From assembly GCF_000374545.1 (NCBI RefSeq), contig NZ_KB894589.1, positions 39,221 through 71,220 of the forward strand: a stretch of 32,000 nucleotides of DNA, read 5' to 3'. Position numbers and translations under genes: made by a program. The notes below the pieces were generated by a model that did not search any database, was not told where the DNA came from, and saw only the letters and a program-made list of their open reading frames with translations. This DNA comes from Anaeromusa acidaminophila DSM 3853. Its GTDB lineage: Bacteria > Bacillota > Negativicutes > Anaeromusales > Anaeromusaceae. Positions 7,555-16,510 of this stretch are shown piece after piece (position 1 is the stretch's first letter; each line of letters opens with the position of its first letter).

Positions 7555-10500
7555 GTGAACATACGTCGCTTGGCAAAAGGGGCGAGTGTTTTAGCTGCGG
7601 TGACCCTCCTCTTTTTTGGAGCAATATACCAGTGGAGTGCCGCCTGGCTAGAGGAGGCTCGCCCTGAAGTCGTGCAACAGCTCAATGCGTCATTAGGGGG
7701 AGAATTGTCGGTAGGTTCTATTTCCCTGGAAGCTCCATTCTCGGTGGTCTTGCGGGATGCCGAGTTGCGAGCGGCCCAAGGAGGGGCGGTTTTATTAACG
7801 GCCCAGAAGATTGAGGTCAAGATAAATCCGCTGCGAGCGTTGGGGCAGTTGGAGCCGATTAAAGCGGTTTCAGAGATAAAAGTAGTACAGCCTCTCGTGT
7901 TGATTGAACAAGACGCACAAGGGAAATGGCCATGGGAAGAGTTTTTGCGCCAACGTCCTGAAGGAAAAAGTCGGTTGGATGCCGATGTCTTCTTGGGAGA
8001 AGGGAATATACATATTTCATTGCCCCGAGGGGCATGGAATTTGGAGAACTTGGCTGGCTCGGTGCATATTGGCGAAGAATCCAAAACGGTATTGGATTTG
8101 AAGGCCGTCTTTGACGGACGGGAGCTGACGGCGCAAGGACGCTGGAATGATGAGGGACAGGGGCTGGTAAACCTCCAGGTCCCCCAACTGGCTCTTTCTC
8201 AATTGGCGCCGCTTCTGTCTGCGGAAGCTCAGGTGAAAAATCTTACCGGCAGTATTTCGCAGGTTGGTATTTTTCTGCGCCAGGAAGGCAGCGGCCGGCC
8301 CGCTGTCAATCTGAATGCGCAGCTGGAACATGTATCTGCCGAGATTGCCGGCGTGCCCGTGGAAGATGTAAGCGGCATGGTGACGTTGGCTTCTCTGCAT
8401 AAAGAAAATGAGCACAAGGCTTATGTGGCTTTGCGAGGCAAAGCGGCAGGGCAATCGGCGTTGATACAAGGCTATCTTCATTTACCGCGAGGAGCTGCAG
8501 GGGAATTTGGCAAACTGGATCAGTTAACTTTTGAATTGCAAAGTAAAGCGGATCATGTGGATCTGGCAAGCGTGAAATCGTATATTCCGAAACTGCCGAT
8601 AGAAGTAGCTGGCGATGCTGGTTTTGATTTGCAGCTGAGCGGTTCTCTCAATCAGCCTCAGATAGCAGGAACGGTGACAGTGCATACCGCAGATATTGGC
8701 GGAATCTCTATAGAACGCGCTGAAGCAAAGTTGCAAGCAGATGCAGAACAGCTAACCGTAGCGTCTTTTGAAGGGGATGTAGCAGGGGGCTTGCTGAAAG
8801 GAAGCGGCTGGCTGCAATGGAAGGATCAACGTTATCGACTGGCTTGCCAGGGACGAAATTTGTCTTTAAATTCGTTAGCTTCGCTGCTTCCTGAACTGGG
8901 CGAGCAAGGCGTACAAGGCATGCTCAGCGTAGATGGTTACCTGGAAGGGAAAGGGTGGCAGGCGCGCCCGAACGTACTGCAAGGAACGGTGGAAGTGCGT
9001 GAGGGAAGCTGGCAAGGTGTTGCGGCGGAAAGTCTTACTGTGGTGCTGGTTCAACGCGACGGCGGCCAAGATGTGCAATTGCAGGGAGAGATCGGGGGCG
9101 GCAGTCTAGCTGGCGCAGGGAAGCTTCGGGGTGAAGAAGGGGAACTGCAGCTTTTTGGCAGTCAACTGCCGCTGGAACGACTGCAACCGCTTCTGCAAGG
9201 GAAGGCGTTTTCAGGCCGAGCCGATATAGCCTTGCAGCTTGCTGGCAATTGGAGACAGCCACAGGGCGTATTGGAACTGAAAGCTAGCTCCGGCGAACTG
9301 GCTGGTATGCCTTATGATTCGGTATTTGCACAAGCTGATATTGTCGGCGACCGGCTGGAATTGCGGCAAGGTATGTTGCAGCGGGGCCAAGCGGAGCATG
9401 TACTGCGAGGAAGTTTGGAATGGAGAGGCCAACGCAGGCTAGCTTTGGAAGTGATAAGCAAGGAAGCTCGTCTTGAAGAAGTGTTGCCGATAACGGGTGT
9501 GTCCGCCTTGGTAACGGGGAAATTGGAAAACACTATGCAGCTTAGCGGCACTATTGCGGCGCCTATTGTGCGAGGACAGTTTGTTTTGCGTGATGGGTCT
9601 TTCCGGACGGAACCTGAGGCGGCGCCGTATTTCTTTTCACGCTTAAGCGGAAAATATGCTTTGCATGAAGATGGAAGCATAGACTTGGATGAGTTACTGC
9701 TAAACATTTTGCGCGCTCGACTTAGGGCAAAAGGGTCTATGGATGCACAGGGCAATTTAGCATTTCGAGTAGAAGCCAACGATTTGGAGCTGGCGCAAAT
9801 TCAAGTGCATTATCCTTATGCGGTGAGCGGCTTAGTTAGCTTTAGCGGTACTATTGGCGGGACGAAAAATGAACCAACCTTTTACGGAGAACTGTCTGTA
9901 CCGGAGTTAACCCTCAACGGACAAAAAGTTAAGAATGTGCAAAGCCATGTGGAGAGTATTGGATCTTATGTGAATATTCCCCGGTTTTCCGCGCAATTGG
10001 GAAAAGGGAATATTTCATTTAAGGGAGACACGAATTTAGAAAATGGCGTGATTGACGGTATTTTGGAAGTTAACCACGCTCAACTAGCACATTTGCTGCC
10101 TATTTTAAATGTTACCGATTCCGGTGTTGACGGTCGTTTAGACGGTGTTGTGCGCATTGGCGGCGAGGTTGGCGTGCCCAGCTTGGATTTATATGGTCGT
10201 TTGCAAGACGGATTGCTGAGAGGGTATCCGCTGGAAGCAGCAGATATTCATGTTAGCCAGATTGGCAGCTTGATCACGATTCATCGTTTCGAGGCCAAAC
10301 AAGGCGTGAATGGCAAATTGGTGGCGCAAGGGACTGCTGACTTGCGCGGAGAATACCAATTGGAGGTTGGCGGAACCAATCTGGATGCAGGGCTTTTGAC
10401 TACTTGGTTTTTTCCAAAACTGCCTGCGAAAGGGAGCTTGGATTTTGTCGCGCAGCTATCCGGTCCGGCGGACAAGCCCTTTGTGAACTTGTCGATAGGA

Positions 10501-11961
10501 GTTTCCAAGGGGGTACTTGGCGGCGTATCCTTTGATTCTGCTACGGCGCTTCTCTTGATCGATCAGAAGAAGATTGAAGTGGAACAGGCGGCGTTAGCCA
10601 GCGGACAGTATCGAGCGCGGGTTCGTGGGACGGTTCCAGTGGCGGCGCTGCGCGGCGATGGCGCCGATGGTCCTATGGATTTACGCTTAGATTTGAACGA
10701 AGCCAATTTGGGCATGTTGCCGTTAATGTTGAAACAAGTTGCCTGGGCGGAAGGGCCGATAAAGGGAGAAGTTCGTTTAGGCGGAACCTGGTCGCAGCCA
10801 TTATTGTACGGCGAAGTGGAAGTTCCTAAAGGAGTTATAAAACTAAAAGGTCTCAAGGAACCCTTGGCTGATGCACATCTTAAAATGAGTCTTGAAGGAA
10901 CGACGTTGTCTCTGGCCGATTTGCGCGGTAAATTGGGAAGTGGCACAGTTACAGCATCAGGGCAAGCTCGTTTGCAAGGGCGTGACCTTGTTGATTATCA
11001 AGTACTGTTGAATTTGGATAAATCCCAAATCGACAGTGAGTACTTTAAAGGACCGGTATCTGGAAAGTTGCAGTTGCTTCCGGATCATGGATCGCCTCAG
11101 TTGAAGGGGAATGTCAAAATAGGCAAAGGAAATAGCATTAACATTCCTCTTGTCGACAGCAATACTGCTTGGGACTGGGATTTAGGCTTAGATGTGGACT
11201 TTCAAATAGAGCGTGGCGCGCGGCTGTATAATCCGTTATTGTATGACATGGAACTAGAGGGAGCTGTCCATGCCGGAGGTACGCTGAAGGAGCCGTATCT
11301 GCAAGGCGAAGTGCATGCGACAAGAGGCACTGTGAAATATTTAAGAACGCCCTTTAAGGTGAACGTGGCCAAGGCCGAATTTGGGCGCCGAGGGACATTC
11401 TTGCCTGTGTTGCATTTGCGAGCTGCAACTGTTTATCAGCAAAATCTTGTGCTTTTGGGGATTACAGGACCGGCGGAGAATATGGAACTGCAGCTTCGGT
11501 CCGAACCAGCAATGAGTCAAGACGAAATCATCAAAATGCTGACGCTCCGAGGGCGTAATACCGGATTGGCCTCCGGGGGACGAGTTAACAGTTCTCTTGG
11601 TACGGAGCAGGTATATGATCTGTTCAGCACCGGCTTGGAAGTTCGGCTGGTCAGCGATGTGGAAGACTCACTCCGTGACTTACTGGGGCTGGATGAGTTC
11701 CGAATGGTACGAGGCTATGCGTTAGGAAATATCTGGCTGACTCGTAAAGAAACGACTGAAGAAGACATTGAAAAAAGTTATAATGTTCGTTTAGGCAAGT
11801 ATTTAATGCCGCAGCTGTATGTAGCTTATACGACCAATCAAGATAGAAAGCTGTATACATGGGAGGCTAAATACGAATTAAATCGTCAAATCAGTTTTTT
11901 TGCTGCAACAAATGAAGAAAAACGTAAAATTGTTGGCATTGAGACAAAAATCCGATTTTAA
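7555..11961 (+). CDS. tamB: TamB-like translocation and assembly module protein (AsmA-like, C-terminal DUF490)
   Basis: GTG at 7555 lies 8 nt after AGGAGG (7541-7546). N-terminal TM anchor (ASVLAAVTLLFFGAIY). About 1460 aa of repetitive beta-rich sequence. C-terminal TamB/DUF490-type end ...LGKYLMPQLYVAYT...IVGIETKIRF. Confidence 0.85.
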   Translation: MNIRRLAKGASVLAAVTLLFFGAIYQWSAAWLEEARPEVVQQLNASLGGELSVGSISLEAPFSVVLRDAELRAAQGGAVLLTAQKIEVKINPLRALGQLEPIKAVSEIKVVQPLVLIEQDAQGKWPWEEFLRQRPEGKSRLDADVFLGEGNIHISLPRGAWNLENLAGSVHIGEESKTVLDLKAVFDGRELTAQGRWNDEGQGLVNLQVPQLALSQLAPLLSAEAQVKNLTGSISQVGIFLRQEGSGRPAVNLNAQLEHVSAEIAGVPVEDVSGMVTLASLHKENEHKAYVALRGKAAGQSALIQGYLHLPRGAAGEFGKLDQLTFELQSKADHVDLASVKSYIPKLPIEVAGDAGFDLQLSGSLNQPQIAGTVTVHTADIGGISIERAEAKLQADAEQLTVASFEGDVAGGLLKGSGWLQWKDQRYRLACQGRNLSLNSLASLLPELGEQGVQGMLSVDGYLEGKGWQARPNVLQGTVEVREGSWQGVAAESLTVVLVQRDGGQDVQLQGEIGGGSLAGAGKLRGEEGELQLFGSQLPLERLQPLLQGKAFSGRADIALQLAGNWRQPQGVLELKASSGELAGMPYDSVFAQADIVGDRLELRQGMLQRGQAEHVLRGSLEWRGQRRLALEVISKEARLEEVLPITGVSALVTGKLENTMQLSGTIAAPIVRGQFVLRDGSFRTEPEAAPYFFSRLSGKYALHEDGSIDLDELLLNILRARLRAKGSMDAQGNLAFRVEANDLELAQIQVHYPYAVSGLVSFSGTIGGTKNEPTFYGELSVPELTLNGQKVKNVQSHVESIGSYVNIPRFSAQLGKGNISFKGDTNLENGVIDGILEVNHAQLAHLLPILNVTDSGVDGRLDGVVRIGGEVGVPSLDLYGRLQDGLLRGYPLEAADIHVSQIGSLITIHRFEAKQGVNGKLVAQGTADLRGEYQLEVGGTNLDAGLLTTWFFPKLPAKGSLDFVAQLSGPADKPFVNLSIGVSKGVLGGVSFDSATALLLIDQKKIEVEQAALASGQYRARVRGTVPVAALRGDGADGPMDLRLDLNEANLGMLPLMLKQVAWAEGPIKGEVRLGGTWSQPLLYGEVEVPKGVIKLKGLKEPLADAHLKMSLEGTTLSLADLRGKLGSGTVTASGQARLQGRDLVDYQVLLNLDKSQIDSEYFKGPVSGKLQLLPDHGSPQLKGNVKIGKGNSINIPLVDSNTAWDWDLGLDVDFQIERGARLYNPLLYDMELEGAVHAGGTLKEPYLQGEVHATRGTVKYLRTPFKVNVAKAEFGRRGTFLPVLHLRAATVYQQNLVLLGITGPAENMELQLRSEPAMSQDEIIKMLTLRGRNTGLASGGRVNSSLGTEQVYDLFSTGLEVRLVSDVEDSLRDLLGLDEFRMVRGYALGNIWLTRKETTEEDIEKSYNVRLGKYLMPQLYVAYTTNQDRKLYTWEAKYELNRQISFFAATNEEKRKIVGIETKIRF

Positions 11962-11975
11962 GAGAATCGCAAAAA

Positions 11976-12003
11976 TGATATACTAAATTGAATGTGGTAA
12001 AAT
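11976..12003 (+). promoter_or_regulatory. two candidate extended -10 elements upstream of the sigma-factor gene
   Basis: TGATATACT (11976-11984) and TGGTAAAAT (11995-12003). Neither has a convincing -35 box. Confidence 0.3.
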
Positions 12004-12033
12004 AAAGAAAATTTGGCAGAGAGGAGGGATGAC

Positions 12034-12666
12034 ATGAAAGAGTACTTAGAGGCCTTGCAGCAAGTGCGTCTTTTGGAGCCGGAAGAAGAAAAACATTTAT
12101 GGCGAAAATGGCGCGACGAGGACGATGAATCTAGCCGCAAAGTATTGATTGAAAGCTACCAACCCTTGGTTTTCAAGACGGCCATGTCATTTCAAGTCTC
12201 GGCTGAATTAAAGATGGACTTGATTCAGGAAGGAACGGTAGGCTTGATCGAAGCGGCGGAACGGTTTGATGCCAAGCGAGGAATAGCCTTTAGCTTGTTT
12301 GCAGTACACCGCATTCGAGGCCGCATGTTAAACTATTTGGAAAAAGAAGGGCGTCAAGTGGCTGCCTCCATTGATTTGCCCTGGGTGGATGCGGATGGAG
12401 CTACCTTGGCGGAGCAATTGCTGGATATCGGTCCGGCGGTGGCGGCGCAAGTGGAACAGCGATTTTTAGTCGGCCAAGTGCAACAGGCGTTAGGACGTCT
12501 TCCGGAAAAAGAACAACAAGTGGTCAGCGGGATTTTTTTACGGGATTGCGAAGCAAAAGAATTGGCGGAAGAATTAAATGTGACTCTTTCGCACATATAT
12601 CGTTTGCAGAAGCAAGGGGTGCGGAGAATTCGAGGCATGCTTTCTCGTTTTATGCAGCACTGGTAA
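12034..12666 (+). CDS. sigma-70 family RNA polymerase sigma factor, group-3-like (FliA/SigF/SigB-like region 2 and region 4)
   Basis: ATG at 12034 lies 6 nt after AGGAGG (12022-12027), so the ORF-track TTG at 12013 is unlikely. Region 2: DLIQEGTVGLIEAAERFDAKRGIAFSLFAVHRIRGRMLNYL. Region 4 HTH: AKELAEELNVTLSHIYRLQKQGVRRIR. Confidence 0.85.
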   Translation: MKEYLEALQQVRLLEPEEEKHLWRKWRDEDDESSRKVLIESYQPLVFKTAMSFQVSAELKMDLIQEGTVGLIEAAERFDAKRGIAFSLFAVHRIRGRMLNYLEKEGRQVAASIDLPWVDADGATLAEQLLDIGPAVAAQVEQRFLVGQVQQALGRLPEKEQQVVSGIFLRDCEAKELAEELNVTLSHIYRLQKQGVRRIRGMLSRFMQHW

Positions 12667-12692
12667 ATGGAAAGCTGGAGGAAGAAAAGAAG

Positions 12693-12720
12693 TATAGAAT
12701 CGAATAAAAATTGCCAATAA
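12693..12720 (+). promoter_or_regulatory. weak sigma-28/SigD-like promoter resemblance
   Basis: TATA (12693-12696), 16 nt, GCCAATAA (12713-12720), compared with the consensus TAAA-N15-GCCGATAA. There are two mismatches and the spacer is 1 nt longer. Confidence 0.2.
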
Positions 12721-12723
12721 CTA

Positions 12724-12758
12724 CTGTTTTTGCTTGTTCAATCTGTTTTTTGCTTGTT
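12724..12758 (+). repeat. T-rich tandem direct repeat in the sigma / membrane-protein intergenic gap
   Basis: CTGTTTTTGCTTGTT (12724-12738) and CTGTTTTTTGCTTGTT (12743-12758), with a period of about 19 nt. Confidence 0.6.
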
Positions 12759-12824
12759 TTTTAGAGATGAAAGAAGGATGCTTTTTGGGGACTATATAGT
12801 CGCATGTGAAGGCAGGTGGAAAAG

Positions 12825-13382
12825 ATGCAATCGAAAACTCAGTTATGCCATCGCTTAGCAACCGCTAGACAGTGGTTGCATCAAGCGGAAGAATCCTTTG
12901 GAAAAAAGAAAGAAATGCAGGGAGAGTTAAACTTGCTTTTGGCACAGGCGGAATTGCAGCATGCGCGTGAAAGCAGAAAGCTTCCCTTTTGGTTGCAACC
13001 GCGCTGGGGATGGCAAGGATTGGCCATGGCTTTTGCCGTACTATTGTCTTTATCCGCAGGAGCTGGAATTTTTTTGGCGAAACAACATGCGACTGATTCT
13101 ACAGTAGTAGGTACAGAGAGCATTGTTCCTTCGCGTACTAGTAATTTGGAAATAGGTAAAATACCAGAACACCTAGTTGTAGTTAGCGCGGCCCAACAAC
13201 CTCGACTCAATGTGGAAACGGCTCCAGTAGTTTTGGCAAAGCCGAAAGAAGCAGCGGTTATTCAAGAAGAGAAGAAATCGGAGGAAGCGACTAAACCGGC
13301 TAAAGCCGAAAGCGTTTCTTCGGAAGAAATGCAAAAAGCGTTGCGAGCCGCCGGCAAGGCGCTACGCGGCGCGGGTCAATAG
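12825..13382 (+). CDS. single-pass membrane protein of unknown function (topology compatible with an anti-sigma factor)
   Basis: ATG at 12825 follows AGGTGG; the GTG at 12816 is an alternative. A roughly 65-aa helical N-terminal part, one TM segment (GLAMAFAVLLSLSAGAGIFLA), then a P/E/K/A-rich tail. Confidence 0.6.
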   Translation: MQSKTQLCHRLATARQWLHQAEESFGKKKEMQGELNLLLAQAELQHARESRKLPFWLQPRWGWQGLAMAFAVLLSLSAGAGIFLAKQHATDSTVVGTESIVPSRTSNLEIGKIPEHLVVVSAAQQPRLNVETAPVVLAKPKEAAVIQEEKKSEEATKPAKAESVSSEEMQKALRAAGKALRGAGQ

Positions 13383-13400
13383 ACGGATAGGGGGACATAT

Positions 13401-15221
13401 ATGAATAAAAAGCATAAATATAGTAAAATCCTTTTGGCGGCATGTTTGTCAGGAGGGCTGTGGATGGTTGATGGAGAGGTAGCACAGGCGGCTACCGAAG
13501 CGGTTGCTCCCGAGGCGACCGCGCCTGCGAAACCGGCGGATTATACCGGCAGAACAATTAGCGCTGTGAAAATTCATGGCAATCAAGTGGTAAAGGACAA
13601 TGAATTGTTGCAGTACATTCAAGTGAAACCGGGAGATTCCTGGAAAGCGGCATCAATTCAAAATGACTTAAAAAGCTTGTATGAAAGCGGTTGGTTTGCA
13701 GATGTAACAGCAACCTTTGTAGAAGCGCCGGAAGGCGTACAGGTTGTCTATGTGTTGCGGGAAAATCCCGTGCTGAATAAGATTAACATAGTAGGTAATA
13801 CCAAGATTGCTACAGACAAGCTGCGAGCTTTAATGACGGTGCCGGAAGGGAAAGTACTGAACGCGAAGCAATTGCAAGAGAATGCTGCGGCCATTGAGGA
13901 GTTGTATAAAACCGAAGGCTACATATTGGCAAAAGTCAGCGATCTGTCTTTAGATAAAGATGGCGTATTGAAAGTAAGCATTAATGAAGGTATCGTGGAA
14001 GATATTATTGTCAAAGGCAACGAAAAAACAAAAAGCTATGTAGTGACTCGGGAAATGAAGTTAAAGAAAAATGAGCCTTTTAACAGCAAATTGGCAAAAC
14101 GAAGCCTGCAGCGCATTTATAATCTCGGCTTTTTCGAGGATGTGAATTTCAAGCTCAATCCTGGGCGTGAACCTAATGCGGTAATTATTGAAATTGATGT
14201 AGTGGAACAAAAAACAGGCGTTTTTACCATCGGTGCTGGTTACAGTAAAACAGACGGGACCATAGGAATTTTAGAAGTTGGCGACAATAACTTCCGAGGG
14301 ACTGGAGATAAAATTAAGATTCACTGGGAAATTGGGGGCAAAGGAGCCAGCAATACTAACCGGAAAAATAAGAATTATGAATTCAGTTACACTCGTCCCT
14401 GGGTGGATGATAAAGAAACGTCTCTTAGCTTTACTTTATATGATATGACTAACGAGTATACGGATTACTATGATAATACCGATACGAAACGGTCTACGTA
14501 TGATAAGCGGCGTAAAGGGGTAGAGGTGACGTTGGGACGTCCGGAAGGGGAATATGTTCGTAATTATGTGACTCTTAAGCATCGGACGGATACGTACATG
14601 GGGTATCAAGAAGGACCAGTTGATTATCAAGCTACGATTGGTTCGTCTACGTATGATCAAAACTTTAATGCCGACTACTTGGTGCGCAACTATGGGACGA
14701 CTAACAGCGTAACTCTCCAACGCGTTTTTGATAATCGAGATAATATTTTCAACGCGACCGAAGGACGTCGTTTTTCGGTGTCAAGCGAATTTGCTGGCCT
14801 GGGAGGCGACTTTTCATTCAAAAAGTACAGATCGGAATTGCGCACCTATCGTAAGGTGGGACGCGACCATGTATTGGCCTTTCGTGGCATGGTTGGCTGG
14901 GCGAACGGAGAATTGCCGGATAGTCAGCGTTTTGCTCTTGGAGGTTCGGATACCCTGCGCGGTTATTTAGATGATCAGTTTAAGGGAAATAAGATGTGGG
15001 CGGCGACGTTGGAATATCGAGTGCCTATTGCCAAGAAAGTGTATGGCGTAGTCTTTGGAGATGCTGGCCGCGCGTGGTCCGGCGTTGGCGGAGATAATAC
15101 ATGGAAGAAGAGTGTTGGCGTGGGGCTTCGCGTGAATACACCGCTAGGCGCTGTGCGTTTAGATTATGGTAAAGGTGATGAAACAAGTAGATTTCACTTT
15201 AGCTTTGGCGGACAGTTCTAA
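13401..15221 (+). CDS. bamA: BamA / Omp85-family outer-membrane protein assembly factor (apparently three POTRA domains plus a beta-barrel)
   Basis: Signal peptide ...EVAQAATE. POTRA-like units start at I.AVKIHGN, INIVGN and IIVKGN. The barrel carries the RGY..D.F.G motif region and a C-terminal ...RFHFSFGGQF beta-signal. Confidence 0.9.
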   Translation: MNKKHKYSKILLAACLSGGLWMVDGEVAQAATEAVAPEATAPAKPADYTGRTISAVKIHGNQVVKDNELLQYIQVKPGDSWKAASIQNDLKSLYESGWFADVTATFVEAPEGVQVVYVLRENPVLNKINIVGNTKIATDKLRALMTVPEGKVLNAKQLQENAAAIEELYKTEGYILAKVSDLSLDKDGVLKVSINEGIVEDIIVKGNEKTKSYVVTREMKLKKNEPFNSKLAKRSLQRIYNLGFFEDVNFKLNPGREPNAVIIEIDVVEQKTGVFTIGAGYSKTDGTIGILEVGDNNFRGTGDKIKIHWEIGGKGASNTNRKNKNYEFSYTRPWVDDKETSLSFTLYDMTNEYTDYYDNTDTKRSTYDKRRKGVEVTLGRPEGEYVRNYVTLKHRTDTYMGYQEGPVDYQATIGSSTYDQNFNADYLVRNYGTTNSVTLQRVFDNRDNIFNATEGRRFSVSSEFAGLGGDFSFKKYRSELRTYRKVGRDHVLAFRGMVGWANGELPDSQRFALGGSDTLRGYLDDQFKGNKMWAATLEYRVPIAKKVYGVVFGDAGRAWSGVGGDNTWKKSVGVGLRVNTPLGAVRLDYGKGDETSRFHFSFGGQF

Positions 15222-16510
15222 TGAAGCAGCGGCTGCTGAAACTGTGTTTGGGAGTGCTGGCGTTGCTGTGGATAGGAATTATCCCTGCTTGGGCGGCGGA
15301 ACCAGTCATTTCTCAATCCATTGTTGTTGTCAGTGATGACAAGGGGCAGCCGCTGCCAGCCAGACTAGCCTTGCGTATTCAGGCCAGCGTGCAAGCGGTA
15401 GCGTCGCAAGTGCTGATGGGCCGACCGATAGCAATGATCGAACCGAAGCGAGCTGCTTACGAGCGCATGATTTGTGAAGTGTTTGATCGAATCTTAATTG
15501 GCTATTCCGTCGAAGCAGCTAGTATTTCTTTGGGAGAAGAAACAAAAATTTCTTTGCGTTTGACTCCTTGGGGCGATGTGGTAGAAAAAACGGATTTGAC
15601 TTGGGACGATAGCGGATTTCCTTCTAGAGGGCGCGAAACATTGCGTTTTCAGGTAGAAACCTTAAAAAAGGTAGTAGATGAAGTGCTTCTAGGTATGCCG
15701 GTAGATGCAGCTGACTGGGGCGCAGGGCTGGTGCGTACGGTAGTGAGAGAATGGTTTGAAGATCAATTGCCTGAGTTTCGGCCGGAAGTAGAAGTTTCGG
15801 TTGCTAAAACGACACAAGTGAAACTGACAATGACTCCCAGAGCCCCGCTGGTACACGCATTGAAAGTTACCTTGCGATCACGCAGCTTGCCGAATGTATT
15901 GCTCTATACTGTGCAAAAAGATCTGGAGCAGGAGGGGCAAGGCTGGTTGCAACTGCCTGTTTCTTTTGTGGCTCGACAGGAGAAAGCGCTGGCTGAACAA
16001 TTGCTGCTTAAGGCGGCAACCCATGCGTGGGTGAAACAGCTGGGCTTGCAAATGCGCTTGGTAGAAGTGCGAACCGGTCCGGTAACAGAAGTGGTGCTGG
16101 ATGCGGAAAGTCGTTATTATCGCATGTTTGCTGAAGGCTATCTGGATATGGGAAAAAAAGATGAAGCAACGCGCGTGCGGCTTCATGCCGGCTGGAAGGC
16201 AACGCCGCAGGGCGAACTTTTTTTGGAAGGCGACTTTTTTCCTAACGATGTAAAGAATCGCTGGTATTCTGGTTTGGGTTGGCAAGTGTCCTCACAGACA
16301 GAAGCGGGAGTCAAATATAAGTTTCAAGACGGCGAGAAGATTTTCTGGATGCGCCAGCAATTGGGGGGACCTTGGAGTTTGCGCCTAGAGAGGTATGAAG
16401 ATCAGCATGCCAGCGAACTAGGAGTGCGCTATCGGTTGCATGAATTCTTAAGTGCCGAATACGTTCTTACGAACGAGGAACGTTGGCTGCGTCTTATTGC
16501 GACTTTTTGA
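15221..16510 (+). CDS. secreted protein of unknown function with an OMP-like C-terminus, translationally coupled to bamA
   Basis: Its ATG shares the last A of the bamA TAA (TAATG at 15219-15223). Signal peptide LGVLALLWIGIIPAWA/AEP. The C-terminal ~130 aa alternate hydrophobic and polar residues and end ...ERWLRLIATF. Confidence 0.7.
   Translation: MKQRLLKLCLGVLALLWIGIIPAWAAEPVISQSIVVVSDDKGQPLPARLALRIQASVQAVASQVLMGRPIAMIEPKRAAYERMICEVFDRILIGYSVEAASISLGEETKISLRLTPWGDVVEKTDLTWDDSGFPSRGRETLRFQVETLKKVVDEVLLGMPVDAADWGAGLVRTVVREWFEDQLPEFRPEVEVSVAKTTQVKLTMTPRAPLVHALKVTLRSRSLPNVLLYTVQKDLEQEGQGWLQLPVSFVARQEKALAEQLLLKAATHAWVKQLGLQMRLVEVRTGPVTEVVLDAESRYYRMFAEGYLDMGKKDEATRVRLHAGWKATPQGELFLEGDFFPNDVKNRWYSGLGWQVSSQTEAGVKYKFQDGEKIFWMRQQLGGPWSLRLERYEDQHASELGVRYRLHEFLSAEYVLTNEERWLRLIATF

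Noticed and set aside
7398-8084. A 228-aa minus-strand ORF, plus the many other minus-strand ORFs listed between 8017 and 11860, antisense to tolC and tamB.
   Set aside because: They lie entirely inside a long, well-supported + strand gene. They have no Shine-Dalgarno sites. Their composition is Ser/Arg/Pro/Cys-rich, typical of shadow frames.
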